Positions 28,700 to 38,889 of a DNA stretch of 64,000 nt are shown in pieces. Source of the DNA: an uncultured Methanomicrobiales archaeon (GTDB taxonomy: Archaea > Halobacteriota > Methanomicrobia > Methanomicrobiales > Methanospirillaceae). The notes beneath the pieces were generated by a model. The model was not told the DNA's origin. It did no database searches and saw only the letters and a list, made by a program, of their open reading frames with translations. A program made the position numbers and the translations under genes. The stretch covers positions 1,120,001 through 1,184,000 of the forward strand of contig OY969100.1 in assembly GCA_963697895.1 (NCBI GenBank), in the 5' to 3' direction. Each line of letters starts with the position of its first letter. The first letter of the stretch is position 1.

Positions 28700-28927
28700 G
28701 AAATATGCTTCCCGACAGAGAGATTGTTATCCCGTACCATTCGCGACGGAAGGAAAAAGGATTTGGAAATGGGTTCGGTCAGATGTTCGTGTTGGGCTGG
28801 TTGTTTTTTTCAATCCGGGGGGAATCATCCATATTCCTCCGTGGATGCCGAGGATTCAAAACCCAATGAAGAAATGGGCGGCAATTCCATCTGTTGTCAT
28901 GAGGACTGTTTTAGTAAGAACGGGATC

Positions 28928-29095
28928 TCATTTTTCACGATATCCATGGGCGTGCGCCGCCCGTCCCTGGAGTCCTGCCTTCTCCTTTGCCTGGTCCTCG
29001 CTCTCAGGATCGTCGGGATCGAAGAAGTATTTCTTCCCGTGTTCACCCCACTGATAGTACCACCCTTCTGACGTGTGATGCTTTTCAACGGGCAT
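28928..29095 (-). CDS. 55-aa microprotein (not in ORF track)
   Basis: MPVEKHHTSEGWYYQWGEHGKKYFFDPDDPESEDQAKEKAGLQGRAAHAHGYREK*; protein-like composition. Confidence 0.7.
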   Translation of the reverse strand: MPVEKHHTSEGWYYQWGEHGKKYFFDPDDPESEDQAKEKAGLQGRAAHAHGYREK

Positions 29096-29236
29096 ACGTC
29101 ACCATCCGGCCTCTGGCACGTTCAATCCATCGATACCCCTGATACTGCAACAGACCTGAACCGATATCCGGTAAGATCCTTGCCATAATATCGGGTATAT
29201 CCCTCGCGGTTTGAACCATCCTCCCCATTTCCCCCC

Positions 29237-29569
29237 CTAGACCGGTCCGCCGATCGTAGGGAGGAACAGTCCCACGATGCTTGCCGCTATCCAGATGATC
29301 ACCGCAATAACCAGGGATTTGAGCCAGCCGATCTTGTAGAGGAACTGGAGTGCCAGCAGCCAGAAGATACCGGCGATAAACGCGGCAAGCAGCCCGGTAC
29401 CAAGGAAATAAGCGGCGATGGTATAGATGACCGAACCGATTACCGCCGCAAGAAGTGCCGTTAACAGGCCTTCCTTTTCACCGAATAATCTGGTTATGGC
29501 ATAAATGATCACCGTCGAGATGATCAAGGCAATTATGAATGATATGATCGGAGTAGCATACGAGACCAT
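29237..29569 (-). CDS. small membrane protein
   Basis: Hydrophobic ORF with about 4 TMs; ATG at 29569. Confidence 0.75.
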   Translation of the reverse strand: MVSYATPIISFIIALIISTVIIYAITRLFGEKEGLLTALLAAVIGSVIYTIAAYFLGTGLLAAFIAGIFWLLALQFLYKIGWLKSLVIAVIIWIAASIVGLFLPTIGGPV

Positions 29570-29730
29570 GAGGCTTCCCTTCCTTTTCAAAGGTATTAAT
29601 CTTATGCTGCAGGGGGTGACGCAGGGATCTGTTTTTCATCGACCTCTCTTTGCAGCTTCACACCTATGGCGGGCAGGGCAACCTATATCAGGATAAACGG
29701 CATCCTGCCCAGAAAGGAGGGTGAACCGAA

Positions 29731-30756
29731 ATGGCACCTGCCGTACACAAAAAAGAAGAACTGAAGATCACCCGCATCATCGATGCACCGCGTGAGCGGG
29801 TATGGAACGCATGGACCGACCCCGAACAGCTAAAAAAGTGGTGGGGACCAAAGGGTTTCACCGCACCGTTTGCCAGGATGGATGTCCGCGTGGGTGGAAC
29901 GTACCTCTCCTGCATGCGATCTCCGGACGGGAAGGACTACTGGTCCACCGGCGTCTTCCGCGAGGTTGTCCCGGGAACACGCCTGGTCATGACCGATTCC
30001 TTTGCCGACGAGAAGGGCAACGTGGTCCCGGGGTCGTACTACGGGATGGCCCCGGACTTCCCCCGGGAGATGCTGATCACCGTTACCTTCGAGGACGCAG
30101 ACGGCAGGACGAAACTCACCCTGAAACATTCCGGCGCCAGGAACATCACCGGAACGGATCTGGCCAACATGACGCAGGGATGGAACGAATCCCTGGACAA
30201 GCTTGCGGCATTCATCGAAAAGCCCAAAGGCGGAGGAGCCATGATGCCGGCATCGAAGAAGTACCGTGCCAGGCTCATCGCCGAGCCGGGAAAACAGGAG
30301 TTCGTCGTTATCCGTGAGTTCGACGCACCGCGGGAACTCGTCTTTACGGCCTTCACCGACCCTGACCTGTACGTCCGGTGGATCGGGCCGCGGAGACTCA
30401 CCACAAAGCTGGAGACGTTCGAGTCGCGATCCGGAGGCCGGTGGCGGTATATATCGAAGGACAAGGACGGGAACGAGTTCGCCTTCCACGGGGTGAACCA
30501 CGAGGTCTTACCGCCCGGGCGGATCATCGGCACCTTCGAGTTCGAAGGACTTCCTGAGACCGGGCATGTCCTCCTCCAGAAAGCGACATTCGAGGCGCTG
30601 CCCGGCAACCGGACACGGTTTACCGGCCAGTCCGTCTTCCTGTCGCTGGAAGATCGCGACGGGATGCTCGGGTCCGGCATGGAGGAGGGCATGAACGAAT
30701 CCTACGACCGTCTCGATGAACTGCTGGAGGAGCTGAAGAAAAAACAGGGAAAATAA
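29731..30756 (+). CDS. tandem SRPBCC/AHSA1 two-domain protein
   Basis: Two repeats of 'R.(I/F)DAPRE.V..A(W/F)TDP....W.GP'; ggaggg RBS. Confidence 0.88.
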   Translation: MAPAVHKKEELKITRIIDAPRERVWNAWTDPEQLKKWWGPKGFTAPFARMDVRVGGTYLSCMRSPDGKDYWSTGVFREVVPGTRLVMTDSFADEKGNVVPGSYYGMAPDFPREMLITVTFEDADGRTKLTLKHSGARNITGTDLANMTQGWNESLDKLAAFIEKPKGGGAMMPASKKYRARLIAEPGKQEFVVIREFDAPRELVFTAFTDPDLYVRWIGPRRLTTKLETFESRSGGRWRYISKDKDGNEFAFHGVNHEVLPPGRIIGTFEFEGLPETGHVLLQKATFEALPGNRTRFTGQSVFLSLEDRDGMLGSGMEEGMNESYDRLDELLEELKKKQGK

Positions 30757-30986
30757 CGGAAAGGGATTCATTGAAAACGATCTGCAGGATAGGAGGAGAT
30801 CGGTTCATATTCGCTTTGTAAAGGAAAGGACGATGATAGTCCCGTGATTACCGGTCTGGCAGATGAAAAGCAGGGCTGCCGGGAACATTCTCCCTTTACC
30901 ATTCTGATTGGGCGAGATAGAGCAAATATATTCCTTATCGGTTGGAAAAATTCATACGTTCAAAACGTTACTCTTCCTCCATTCGA

Positions 30987-31916
30987 GTGATTACCCTGAT
31001 CGATGCTGAGAACCTCACCAGGAAATTCGGCGATATTACCGCGGTCGACAACCTGACGTTTCATATCCCGGAAGGAGAGGTCTTCGGCCTCCTGGGGCCC
31101 AACGGTGCAGGGAAGACCACCACGGTGAGAATGCTCTGCTGTCTCATCGCGAAGACCAGCGGGGAAGGGAGGATCGCCGGGTACGATATCGGAGACGAAG
31201 CAGGTTCACTGAAGATACGCAAGATCATCGGCCTGATCCCTGAAAATGTCGGGCTTTACGGTCCACTGAGCGTATACCGGAACCTGGATTTTTACGCCCG
31301 GCTGTACGAGCGGACCGAACAGCAGAGGAAGGAGAGTATCGAGCGCCTGCTCAGACTGCTGGGGCTCTGGGAGCAGAGAGACCAGCCTGCGGACACGCTT
31401 TCCAAGGGGATGAAACAGAAAGTGGCCATCGCCCGGGCGCTGGTCCATGATCCGGAGATCCTTTTCCTCGACGAGCCCACCGCGAACCTGGACCCCGAGG
31501 CGGCAAAAACGGTCCGGGACTTCATCCTCGAACTGAAGAAGGAGGAGAAGACCATCTTCCTCAACACCCACAACCTGGACGAGGCCCAGAAGCTCTGCGA
31601 CCGCATCGGGATCCTGAAAACCCACCTGCTCCGAATCGGAACACCGGAGGAGCTGAAGGAATCGCTCTGGGGCAGTAAGACCGTCATCCAGCTGCAGGAA
31701 GTCAGCGACTCCATTGTTGAGGCGGTACGAAAGCAGACTCAAAACAAGGTGACAGTCGAGGATCACCGTCTGGTGATCGACGTGATGGACGCCGGGCAGG
31801 AAAATCCCGGCCTGGTGCAGGCCATCGTTGCCGCGGGGGGCCGTGTCCAGTACGTCCAGGAACTCGCTCCGACCCTGGAGGACGTATACCTGCAGATCGT
31901 GAGGGAGAACAAATGA
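30987..31916 (+). CDS. ABC-2 type transporter ATP-binding protein
   Basis: 'GPNGAGKTT', 'LSKGMKQK' and 'LFLDEPT'. Confidence 0.92.
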   Translation: MITLIDAENLTRKFGDITAVDNLTFHIPEGEVFGLLGPNGAGKTTTVRMLCCLIAKTSGEGRIAGYDIGDEAGSLKIRKIIGLIPENVGLYGPLSVYRNLDFYARLYERTEQQRKESIERLLRLLGLWEQRDQPADTLSKGMKQKVAIARALVHDPEILFLDEPTANLDPEAAKTVRDFILELKKEEKTIFLNTHNLDEAQKLCDRIGILKTHLLRIGTPEELKESLWGSKTVIQLQEVSDSIVEAVRKQTQNKVTVEDHRLVIDVMDAGQENPGLVQAIVAAGGRVQYVQELAPTLEDVYLQIVRENK

Positions 31917-32659
31917 GGCTCTCCATCGCATGGATCATCGCGTCGAAGGAGCTCTCCATCTTCCGGAAAAAGAAGAGCATCTTCTACAGCGTGATCATCT
32001 TTCCCCTCTTCGTTTCCATCGGCCTGCCTTATCTGATCCACTTTATCCTGACGAGGTCCGGAAGTATCACTCCTGATGTACTGGCAGGGCTGCTCATCGT
32101 GATAAACGCCTTCGGCTTTTTCTTCATCATCGGGGCGGCCACCCTTCCCACCGCGATCGCGTCCTATAGTATTGTCGGTGAGAAGCAGGAACAGAGCCTG
32201 GAGCCGCTGCTCGCCACACCCACAACCGACGGCGAGATCCTCCTGGGCAAGAGCATCGGGGCACTCCTTCCCCCCCTGATCGCCATCTGGATCGGTGCGG
32301 TCATCTTCATGGGTCTGATGGATTACTATCTCTTCGGCCTGCTCGGCTATCTCTACTACCCCAACGCGGTCATGGCGGTCATCATGCTGCTGCTGGTGCC
32401 CCTGTCGGCCATCACCGCGGTGGAGGTGAGCGTGATCATATCGGCCAGGGTCAACGATGTCCGGACCGCACAGCAGCTCGGGTCCCTGATCGTGATCCCC
32501 TTCGCCCTCATCTACGTGCTGGGCGAGATCAACGCGTTCCCGCTCACGGTGCTGTATCTCCTCGTCCTCTCGGCCGTCATCCTGGTCGTCGATATCGGAC
32601 TCTATTATCTGGCCGTGTCCACGTTCCAACGGGAAGAGATCCTCACCAGGTGGAAGTAG
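31913..32659 (+). CDS. ABC-2 type permease
   Basis: ATGA overlap with the ATPase; 'SIVGEK...LEPLLATP'. Confidence 0.9.
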   Translation: MRLSIAWIIASKELSIFRKKKSIFYSVIIFPLFVSIGLPYLIHFILTRSGSITPDVLAGLLIVINAFGFFFIIGAATLPTAIASYSIVGEKQEQSLEPLLATPTTDGEILLGKSIGALLPPLIAIWIGAVIFMGLMDYYLFGLLGYLYYPNAVMAVIMLLLVPLSAITAVEVSVIISARVNDVRTAQQLGSLIVIPFALIYVLGEINAFPLTVLYLLVLSAVILVVDIGLYYLAVSTFQREEILTRWK

Positions 32660-32673
32660 CACAGGGGTTCGAC

Positions 32674-32911
32674 GCGGTCTTTCGGGACCGGTTCAATTAT
32701 TCAGGACAGCTATTCACGGTTCCTGGCCCTGCACTCCAACACGGTCTCCTTCATCCAGGTGCCGCTCATCGTGCTGGTGGCTTTCTCTCTGAAGGGACTC
32801 GTCCTTCCACCACTGCTAACGTTTGTCCTGGTTTCGTTCGTCACGGTCCCGTTCTGTTTCGCCGTGGCATACCTGGTGCTGAAGATCCGGTACGCGGACA
32901 GGGTGCTGTGA
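32674..32911 (+). pseudogene. C-terminal remnant of an acyltransferase-3-like membrane protein
   Basis: AVFRDRFNYSGQL / frameshift / SRFLALHSNTVSFIQVPLIVLVAFSLKGLVLPPLLTFVLVSFVTVPFCFAVAYLVLKIRYADRVL*; no start codon. Confidence 0.6.
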
Positions 32912-32924
32912 CCACATCGGGCCT

Positions 32925-33212
32925 TTATCCCTTTTTCGGATCTTCTCTCATTCCCCAGACCACGAATACGATGGCGAAGACGATCAGGAACCAGATGATG
33001 AAGTCCACGGCCGCCATCGTCCAGTTCACGAACGGCGGTCCGGGGAATGTGACGACCCGGTGGAGGTAGGGGAACGGGGATCCCCACTGCAGTACGTCTA
33101 CGGTCATTTCCGGGAAGAGCGGCCGGAAAAATCCGGATACATACGTAATGACAACCCCTGCGATGACCGCGATGATGAGACTGATACCCAGACGCGTGGA
33201 ATTCAAAGCCAT
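32925..33212 (-). CDS. small membrane protein
   Basis: Two TMs with 'WGSPFPYL' between them. Confidence 0.7.
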   Translation of the reverse strand: MALNSTRLGISLIIAVIAGVVITYVSGFFRPLFPEMTVDVLQWGSPFPYLHRVVTFPGPPFVNWTMAAVDFIIWFLIVFAIVFVVWGMREDPKKG

Positions 33213-33444
33213 GACATTCTCCTGATCATGGCGATAGGCAGCCATAACCATTTAATGATGATCACCCGCTTCTTCCATTGCATTGATACAACCCGGTGCC
33301 GGTAATGCGGGACGTCTTGGATTATTCCGGATAAAAGAGAGGTCCCTCCGTGAATGAAACGGCGAGACGCATTCAGGTTATTCCCGGATCGGCTGCTGGG
33401 TATCCCATAGTAAATCCTTTGGGTTATCCTTCCGATTATCCCGA

Positions 33445-33909
33445 TTATTCCTCATCAAGCTGCCCGATGTCCTCGTACCAGAGTTCAGGGTTCTCCGCGA
33501 TGAACCGCTCCATCATCCGGATGCAGTCGTCGCGGGCGAGGTCGATGACCCGGACTCCCTGTGATTCGAGGAATTCCCGTGCACCGGTAAAATTCTTCGA
33601 TTCGCCCGCGACGACAACGGGGATCCGGAACTGCACGATCGCCCCTGCACAGAGAAAGCAGGGCATGAGCGTCGAGTACAGGACCGTGTTCCCGTAGTTC
33701 CCTATCCTCCCGGCCCTGCAGAGGCAGTCTATCTCGGCGTGCCGGATCGGGTCTTCCTCCTGGACCCTCCGGTTATGCCCCCGGCCGATGATCGTACCCT
33801 CCCGCACGAGCACGGACCCGATCGGGATCCCTCCCTCGGAGAGACCGATCTGTGCTTCCCGGACCGCCTCGTCCATGAACCGGTTATGGACGCTATCGTC
33901 TGTGTGCAT
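33445..33909 (-). CDS. cytosine/nucleoside deaminase
   Basis: 'GGIPIGSVL', 'HAE' and 'PCFLC'. Confidence 0.9.
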   Translation of the reverse strand: MHTDDSVHNRFMDEAVREAQIGLSEGGIPIGSVLVREGTIIGRGHNRRVQEEDPIRHAEIDCLCRAGRIGNYGNTVLYSTLMPCFLCAGAIVQFRIPVVVAGESKNFTGAREFLESQGVRVIDLARDDCIRMMERFIAENPELWYEDIGQLDEE

Positions 33910-33978
33910 AATACTCGCAGAGGGTATGTGTTGTACCAGAATAATAAAGGAAAGACCCTTCCCCAATCATCGGGCGGC

Positions 33979-34647
33979 TTACCTTCCCATCCTCCGGAAC
34001 AGGAGGTACGTCAGTGCCCCGAAGAGAATCACCGCGATGACCACCCCGACACCCAGGTACACGTTTTCGAGGATCAACCGGAAGATCAGTTCGGAGCCAA
34101 GGGCAAACATCAGGCTTTCTGCCGTACCCCCGATGCCGATCGCGAGGAGTATCTCCCCCGGCGTAAGGCCCATCATCATCCCGACGACCGTGGCCCCTAT
34201 CCCTCCGGTGCCCTGGAAGGGGAGGAAGACGAAGAAGGCGACCCCGAGCACCCTCCACCGGGCCAGCCAGGGCCGTTTCCGCATGAACTCGTCCCCCGAT
34301 GCGAGAAACCGGGAGATCCAGGGTCCGAGATACGGCAGGCGGAGGGCGATGCCGAAGTTGAGGATCATGAAGAGGCCGGTGAGGACATCCAGGAGGGAGA
34401 GCGCGATCACCATCAGCCACCAGGGAATTCCCAGGGCGATCCCCAGCGGAATGACAGACTCCTTGCCTGCCGGAGGGATGAAATAGACGATCATCAGCCC
34501 GCCGAGGATCGCGCTCAGTTCGGGGGGGAGAATGAGATAGCACCCAAGGTAGAAGGCCAGTGCCAGAGAAAACGGCAACAGCATCCGGCCTGCAAGGGAA
34601 GGAAGGGAGCACTCCTGATCCCCGCAGAAGACCCACTTCAGGCGCAT
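33979..34647 (-). CDS. small multidrug export-like membrane protein (COG2426-like)
   Basis: 'PPAGKESVIPLG', 'FVFLPFQGTGG'. Confidence 0.8.
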   Translation of the reverse strand: MRLKWVFCGDQECSLPSLAGRMLLPFSLALAFYLGCYLILPPELSAILGGLMIVYFIPPAGKESVIPLGIALGIPWWLMVIALSLLDVLTGLFMILNFGIALRLPYLGPWISRFLASGDEFMRKRPWLARWRVLGVAFFVFLPFQGTGGIGATVVGMMMGLTPGEILLAIGIGGTAESLMFALGSELIFRLILENVYLGVGVVIAVILFGALTYLLFRRMGR

Positions 34648-34883
34648 AATTCCCCGTAAGACATTATCGGTGAAGTGTGCGGGATCCGCTCATATCTCTA
34701 TCCATCTTTCCGCAGGAACAGAGTTATGAACCCGAAGCGGTCCGGTTCCGCTTCCCTGCCCTTCCCGTCTTTGAACGGGAAGTTGAGACCCGTATTCTCC
34801 CCCGGAATCAGGCATCCGGCTTCGAGGAGTGATGAATGCCGCTCAATACCTTTATCAGCCTTCCTGCTCCCTCTTTCTCCACA

Positions 34884-35732
34884 ATGGATGCACTCGTGGT
34901 GGCGACGTTTCTCATCGTCGCGGCACTGGAGATCGCGGTCCCGCTCATCGTCGGGTACCTCGTCATCCGGAGATTCTCCCTGTCCTGGAGGCTCTTCGGC
35001 CTCGGTGCCCTCTCGTTCATCATCGTGCAGGTCTTTCACACCCCCCTCGTGCTCCTCATCCAGCAGCCGCTCCTCGAGTCGCTTCAGGCAGCGTTCCCGA
35101 CCGGGGATACGGCACTGGCGCTCTTCTCTCTCACGCTCGGCTTCCTCGCCGGGATCTTCGAAGAGCCGGCACGGTACGCAGTCGTCCGGTGGATCTTCCC
35201 CCGCCTCAGTATCCCGCAGAAACGGGACCGGGGAGTCCTCTTCGGGGTGGGATGGGCTGGTGCAGAGAGCATCTTCATCGCCCTCCTCCTCCTCACCACG
35301 ATGATCTCCTACCTCTACGCGGCACCGCTCACGGAGCAGCAGATCCAGTCAATCAATGCCTCATCGGGAGGGAACCTCACCGAGCAGCAGATCCAGGCGA
35401 TCAATGCCCAGATGGAGGCACTCATCACCCTCACCCCGGCCGACATCCTCCCGGGGCTTGCCGAGCGAATGATGGTGATCGTCAACCAGGTCGCTTGGAC
35501 CCTGATGGTCCTTGCCGCGGTCGTCTTCAGCCGCTATATCTTCCTGGTCGTCGCGATCGCCTGGCATACCCTCCTCGACGCCGGCGCCGTGTTTGTGGCT
35601 CAGACGGGCGGAGTCCTCCCCGCCGAATCCCTGATCTTTATCTCCACGCTCATCGCGATCGCGTACATCATCTGGCAGTGGCGCCGGTTCGGGGAATTCG
35701 AGAACCGGTTCCCTGATGTGTGGGAGATCTGA
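34884..35732 (+). CDS. YhfC-family intramembrane glutamic protease
   Basis: 'AGIFEEPARY', 'GVGWAGAES', 'ER' and 'HTLLD'. Confidence 0.85.
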   Translation: MDALVVATFLIVAALEIAVPLIVGYLVIRRFSLSWRLFGLGALSFIIVQVFHTPLVLLIQQPLLESLQAAFPTGDTALALFSLTLGFLAGIFEEPARYAVVRWIFPRLSIPQKRDRGVLFGVGWAGAESIFIALLLLTTMISYLYAAPLTEQQIQSINASSGGNLTEQQIQAINAQMEALITLTPADILPGLAERMMVIVNQVAWTLMVLAAVVFSRYIFLVVAIAWHTLLDAGAVFVAQTGGVLPAESLIFISTLIAIAYIIWQWRRFGEFENRFPDVWEI

Positions 35733-35969
35733 GTTCCGCCCTTGTCGGGCGGGAAAACCGGATAATGCGCCTGGTCAGTCTCCCGTCTCTTTTAACCGGG
35801 GCCGGCCCCTGACCATGGCCTCCCGGAGTTCATACCTCTCCCGTTGTAGCGCGCTCCCGGACAAATACCCACGTAAGATGGCGGGATCATTTCGAAATAG
35901 TTGGGACCGGTGATGTATAGTATTGTTAACATCGTCGGTCCTTATACCCTCAGAGATAACCTGTACTGT

Positions 35970-36311
35970 ATGCCGGTAGTTATGTACCATGCACAACCCG
36001 GAATGTACGCCACGGGGCACCCTGCACTGGGGTTCCTCGGTATGCTCGTTCTGTGGCTTATCCAGCTGGTTATAGCATACTTCGTCTTCAAGGACGCAAA
36101 AGATCAGAAGATGAGTGCCCCGCTCTGGTTCATCCTCGTCATCATCCCGTTCTTCGGGTACCTGGCCGCGGTCCTCTACGTGATCATCCGTGAGGTCCGA
36201 AAGCCGCTCGAACCTGAGAAGACCCCCGTCGATACCTTAAAAGAGCGGTTCGCCCGGGGAGAGATCACCGCGGAAGAGTTCGAGAAGGCCAAAGAGATCC
36301 TGATGAAGTAA
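35970..36311 (+). CDS. membrane protein with C-terminal SHOCT domain
   Basis: 'LKERFARGEITAEEFEKAKEIL'; start uncertain. Confidence 0.75.
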   Translation: MPVVMYHAQPGMYATGHPALGFLGMLVLWLIQLVIAYFVFKDAKDQKMSAPLWFILVIIPFFGYLAAVLYVIIREVRKPLEPEKTPVDTLKERFARGEITAEEFEKAKEILMK

Positions 36312-36638
36312 CCGGGAGTCCGGAACCAGGCTCGTGCGGGATATCTCCGCCTCATGAATGGACGGGGGAAAATCTTCCGGGGTTATCCTCGTGGAGAAGA
36401 GGGGGAAAACCTTCCGGGGGATGTCTCCGGAGAAAGGAAAGAGGGGGTAACTCCCCTCCTGTTTTTAGGTTTCATCTTCCTAAAAAGATTTCAAAACCGG
36501 ATTAACCGGCGTATGAACAGTTCGGTTTTTCCCGGGTCTCCTGGCGTTCCCCATCGGATCATCCAGGTGTTTTAATTCCCTGAATATTTTCGGGGTTGGT
36601 TCGGAATCTTTCCAGATATCCCTTCGGGGGGGTCCGAT

Positions 36639-36737
36639 CGATTCAGACCGGGTCTACCCCGGGTGCACTGCTCTGTCGTCGCGATTCAGACCGGGTCCTC
36701 CCCGGGTGCACTCTCTGCCGTTCGCCTTCAGACGGGC
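36639..36737. repeat. tandem repeat, about 2.3 x 43 bp, overlapping the UbiA-family gene stop
   Basis: cgattcagaccgggtc...cccgggtgcact...gc at 36639 and 36682, with a partial third unit at 36725. Confidence 0.8.
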
Positions 36738-37699
36738 CAGATGAATTTTCCCGCGAGAAACACGAGCGAGACGATCATCGAGGCCTGCCCGACGATCGTG
36801 ATCCATCCGGGGCTCTGCCGGGCGATCTGCAGGATCTCGTCCTTTCCTGTCTCTTCCTCCCCTTGTTCCTGCCGTCTTGAAAGATCGATGAGCCTGATAA
36901 GTTTTCTCGCGACGATATAACTGCCACCGGCGATGAAGACGAGGAAGATATTCAGGTACGGATCGATCGCAGTCAACACCCATGCAAACGCGGCGATCAC
37001 GAGGATCCCGCCGGTGACGAGCAGCGCGAGGCTCCACCGCGAGGCACGGAGAAGCCCGAGCCGTACTGTCACCGTCCGGACACCCATCGCCTTATCCTCG
37101 TAATAATCGGGGATCTCGGTCGCGATGACGAGGCTGTAGGACGCGATCCCCTGCCCGACGAGGAAGAGGAGAAAGGCGGGGTCGAAGACCGAGCTGAAGG
37201 TGTAGTACACGAAGAGCACCGGGAAGACGCAGAGAACGAGGATGAGCGGCACGATCGAGAGGTACGACCGGGACTTTAACCTGAACGGGGGTGCGGAGAA
37301 GCCATACCCGAGGTAGATCCCGATAAACCAGAGGAGAAGGAGCCCGATCTTTCCCTGCAGGTTCGCCAGCACAAGGACCAGGGCGAACGTAAGGAAGAAT
37401 TCGAGGATGATCACCGATACCAGCCTCTTCTGCCCGACCGTCGCGAAGGCCGAGACCAGGTGGATCTTCCGGGGGTCTGCCTCATCCAGCCGGGAATCGG
37501 CGAGCGTATTCACCTGTGCCCCGATAATGGCGCTGAGAACGAGAACGGCGAGGGCGAGCACCGCGGGAACAAGCAGGGAAAGACCTGCAACCGGGGGAGC
37601 GACCCCCCAGCAGAACCCGATCAGGAACCACCCGATTCCCATTGCCGGAAGGAACTCCGGCCGGGAGACGACGGCGAGCGACCTGAGAAAGGATACCAT
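36728..37699 (-). CDS. UbiA-family prenyltransferase
   Basis: 'NTLADSRLD', 'FSAPPFRLKSR' and 'EIPDYYEDKAMGVRT'. Confidence 0.85.
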   Translation of the reverse strand: MVSFLRSLAVVSRPEFLPAMGIGWFLIGFCWGVAPPVAGLSLLVPAVLALAVLVLSAIIGAQVNTLADSRLDEADPRKIHLVSAFATVGQKRLVSVIILEFFLTFALVLVLANLQGKIGLLLLWFIGIYLGYGFSAPPFRLKSRSYLSIVPLILVLCVFPVLFVYYTFSSVFDPAFLLFLVGQGIASYSLVIATEIPDYYEDKAMGVRTVTVRLGLLRASRWSLALLVTGGILVIAAFAWVLTAIDPYLNIFLVFIAGGSYIVARKLIRLIDLSRRQEQGEEETGKDEILQIARQSPGWITIVGQASMIVSLVFLAGKFIWPV

Positions 37700-37796
37700 T
37701 GAACCTGAAGAACAGGTACGAACAGGATGTTCATACGCTTTGTGAAATGGCTCCCGGGAAGGTTACGCGATGGATCCTTCGAAAATCCGTAGTATT

Positions 37797-38642
37797 TCAG
37801 ATACCCTCGCGATAGTACGCGAGACGGGCTGCATCCGGCCGGACGGCCTCCACCAGCCGGGCCTGCTCCTCCTCGTCCATCCGAGGATGGAGGTTCCCCA
37901 GGCCGGCGAGGAGTCTCGCCTCACCCGGCGTCGAACACCCGACGATCACAAGGTCGACGTCCTGGGAGAGGGCGAACCGGATCAGCCGTTCCGGTGACAA
38001 CCCCGCTTCGGGGGAGAGGTGATACCCTGCGCCGAGCACCTTCATCCCGATCACGCCGATCCCCCGTTCCCGTGCCGCCGGGATCACCCGGTCGAGGAAT
38101 CCCCCGAGTGCCGATTCGACGGGGCTGACCGGCAGGAGTACCGAATCGACGTCCCAGTTCGTCACCGCATGGAGGAGGATCTCCGGGTCGGCGTGTCCGG
38201 TCACCCCGATACCCTTCACCATCCCCGTATCGCGGGCATGGGAAAATGCCTGGAGTGCCCCGCCTTCTCCCTCGACCCGCCGGATATCGTCCCGGTCCCG
38301 GAGGTCGTGGATCTGCCAGAGACCGAGATGGTCACGACCCATCCGGGAGAGCGTTCTCCCGAGGTCCGCGGTCGCCCCCGCGGCATCCCTCTTTGCGGAT
38401 TTGCTCGTCTGGAACGTGAGTCCTTTCCGGGCAGGATAGAGCGAGAAGAACTTTCCCAGGTAGCGCTCGCTGCCCGCATATGCCGGTGCGGAGTCGTAGT
38501 ACCGGATACCGCTCTCGTATGCCGCTTTGAGCATCGCCAGGGCTTCCTCTTCCCTTCCCTCCGTGCGAAGGATGCCTTCGCCCCCGAGACCGACCCGGAG
38601 CGGACTGCCGATGATCGCCCGGAGCCTGCTGTTCCCTGCCAT
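37797..38642 (-). CDS. aldo/keto reductase
   Basis: 'VGLGGEG', 'YDSAPAY', 'WQIHD', 'GVTGH' and 'GMKVLG'. Confidence 0.88.
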   Translation of the reverse strand: MAGNSRLRAIIGSPLRVGLGGEGILRTEGREEEALAMLKAAYESGIRYYDSAPAYAGSERYLGKFFSLYPARKGLTFQTSKSAKRDAAGATADLGRTLSRMGRDHLGLWQIHDLRDRDDIRRVEGEGGALQAFSHARDTGMVKGIGVTGHADPEILLHAVTNWDVDSVLLPVSPVESALGGFLDRVIPAARERGIGVIGMKVLGAGYHLSPEAGLSPERLIRFALSQDVDLVIVGCSTPGEARLLAGLGNLHPRMDEEEQARLVEAVRPDAARLAYYREGI

Positions 38643-38889
38643 AATGAGTACCGGAGCATGGCGAACGATAAACCCTGTGTATTACACAATTCTCCCTTAT
38701 GGCGATCGGAGTATAAACAGGCTTCACAGGAAAGGAAACACCCTTTTCCCTTCTTTTCTGCAGGAGAGGAACCAAAAGATCCCGCTACCGTTTCTCATGA
38801 GATTTATAAGCACGAGAACCAATCATCTGCATGGAACCGGGGAGGTATCACCATAGTATGAAACGACTGCCGGATGCGAGGGTACGGGA

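Noticed and set aside
27434-29071. 545-aa plus-strand ORF and similar long antisense ORFs (13218-14183, 45950-47113, 43953-45440)
   Set aside because: These are shadow ORFs opposite well-supported genes in GC-rich DNA and have no recognisable motifs.
34884-35732. YhfC protease as the gasdermin activator
   Set aside because: It lies 29 kb away and is an intramembrane protease; nothing links it to the gasdermin-like gene.
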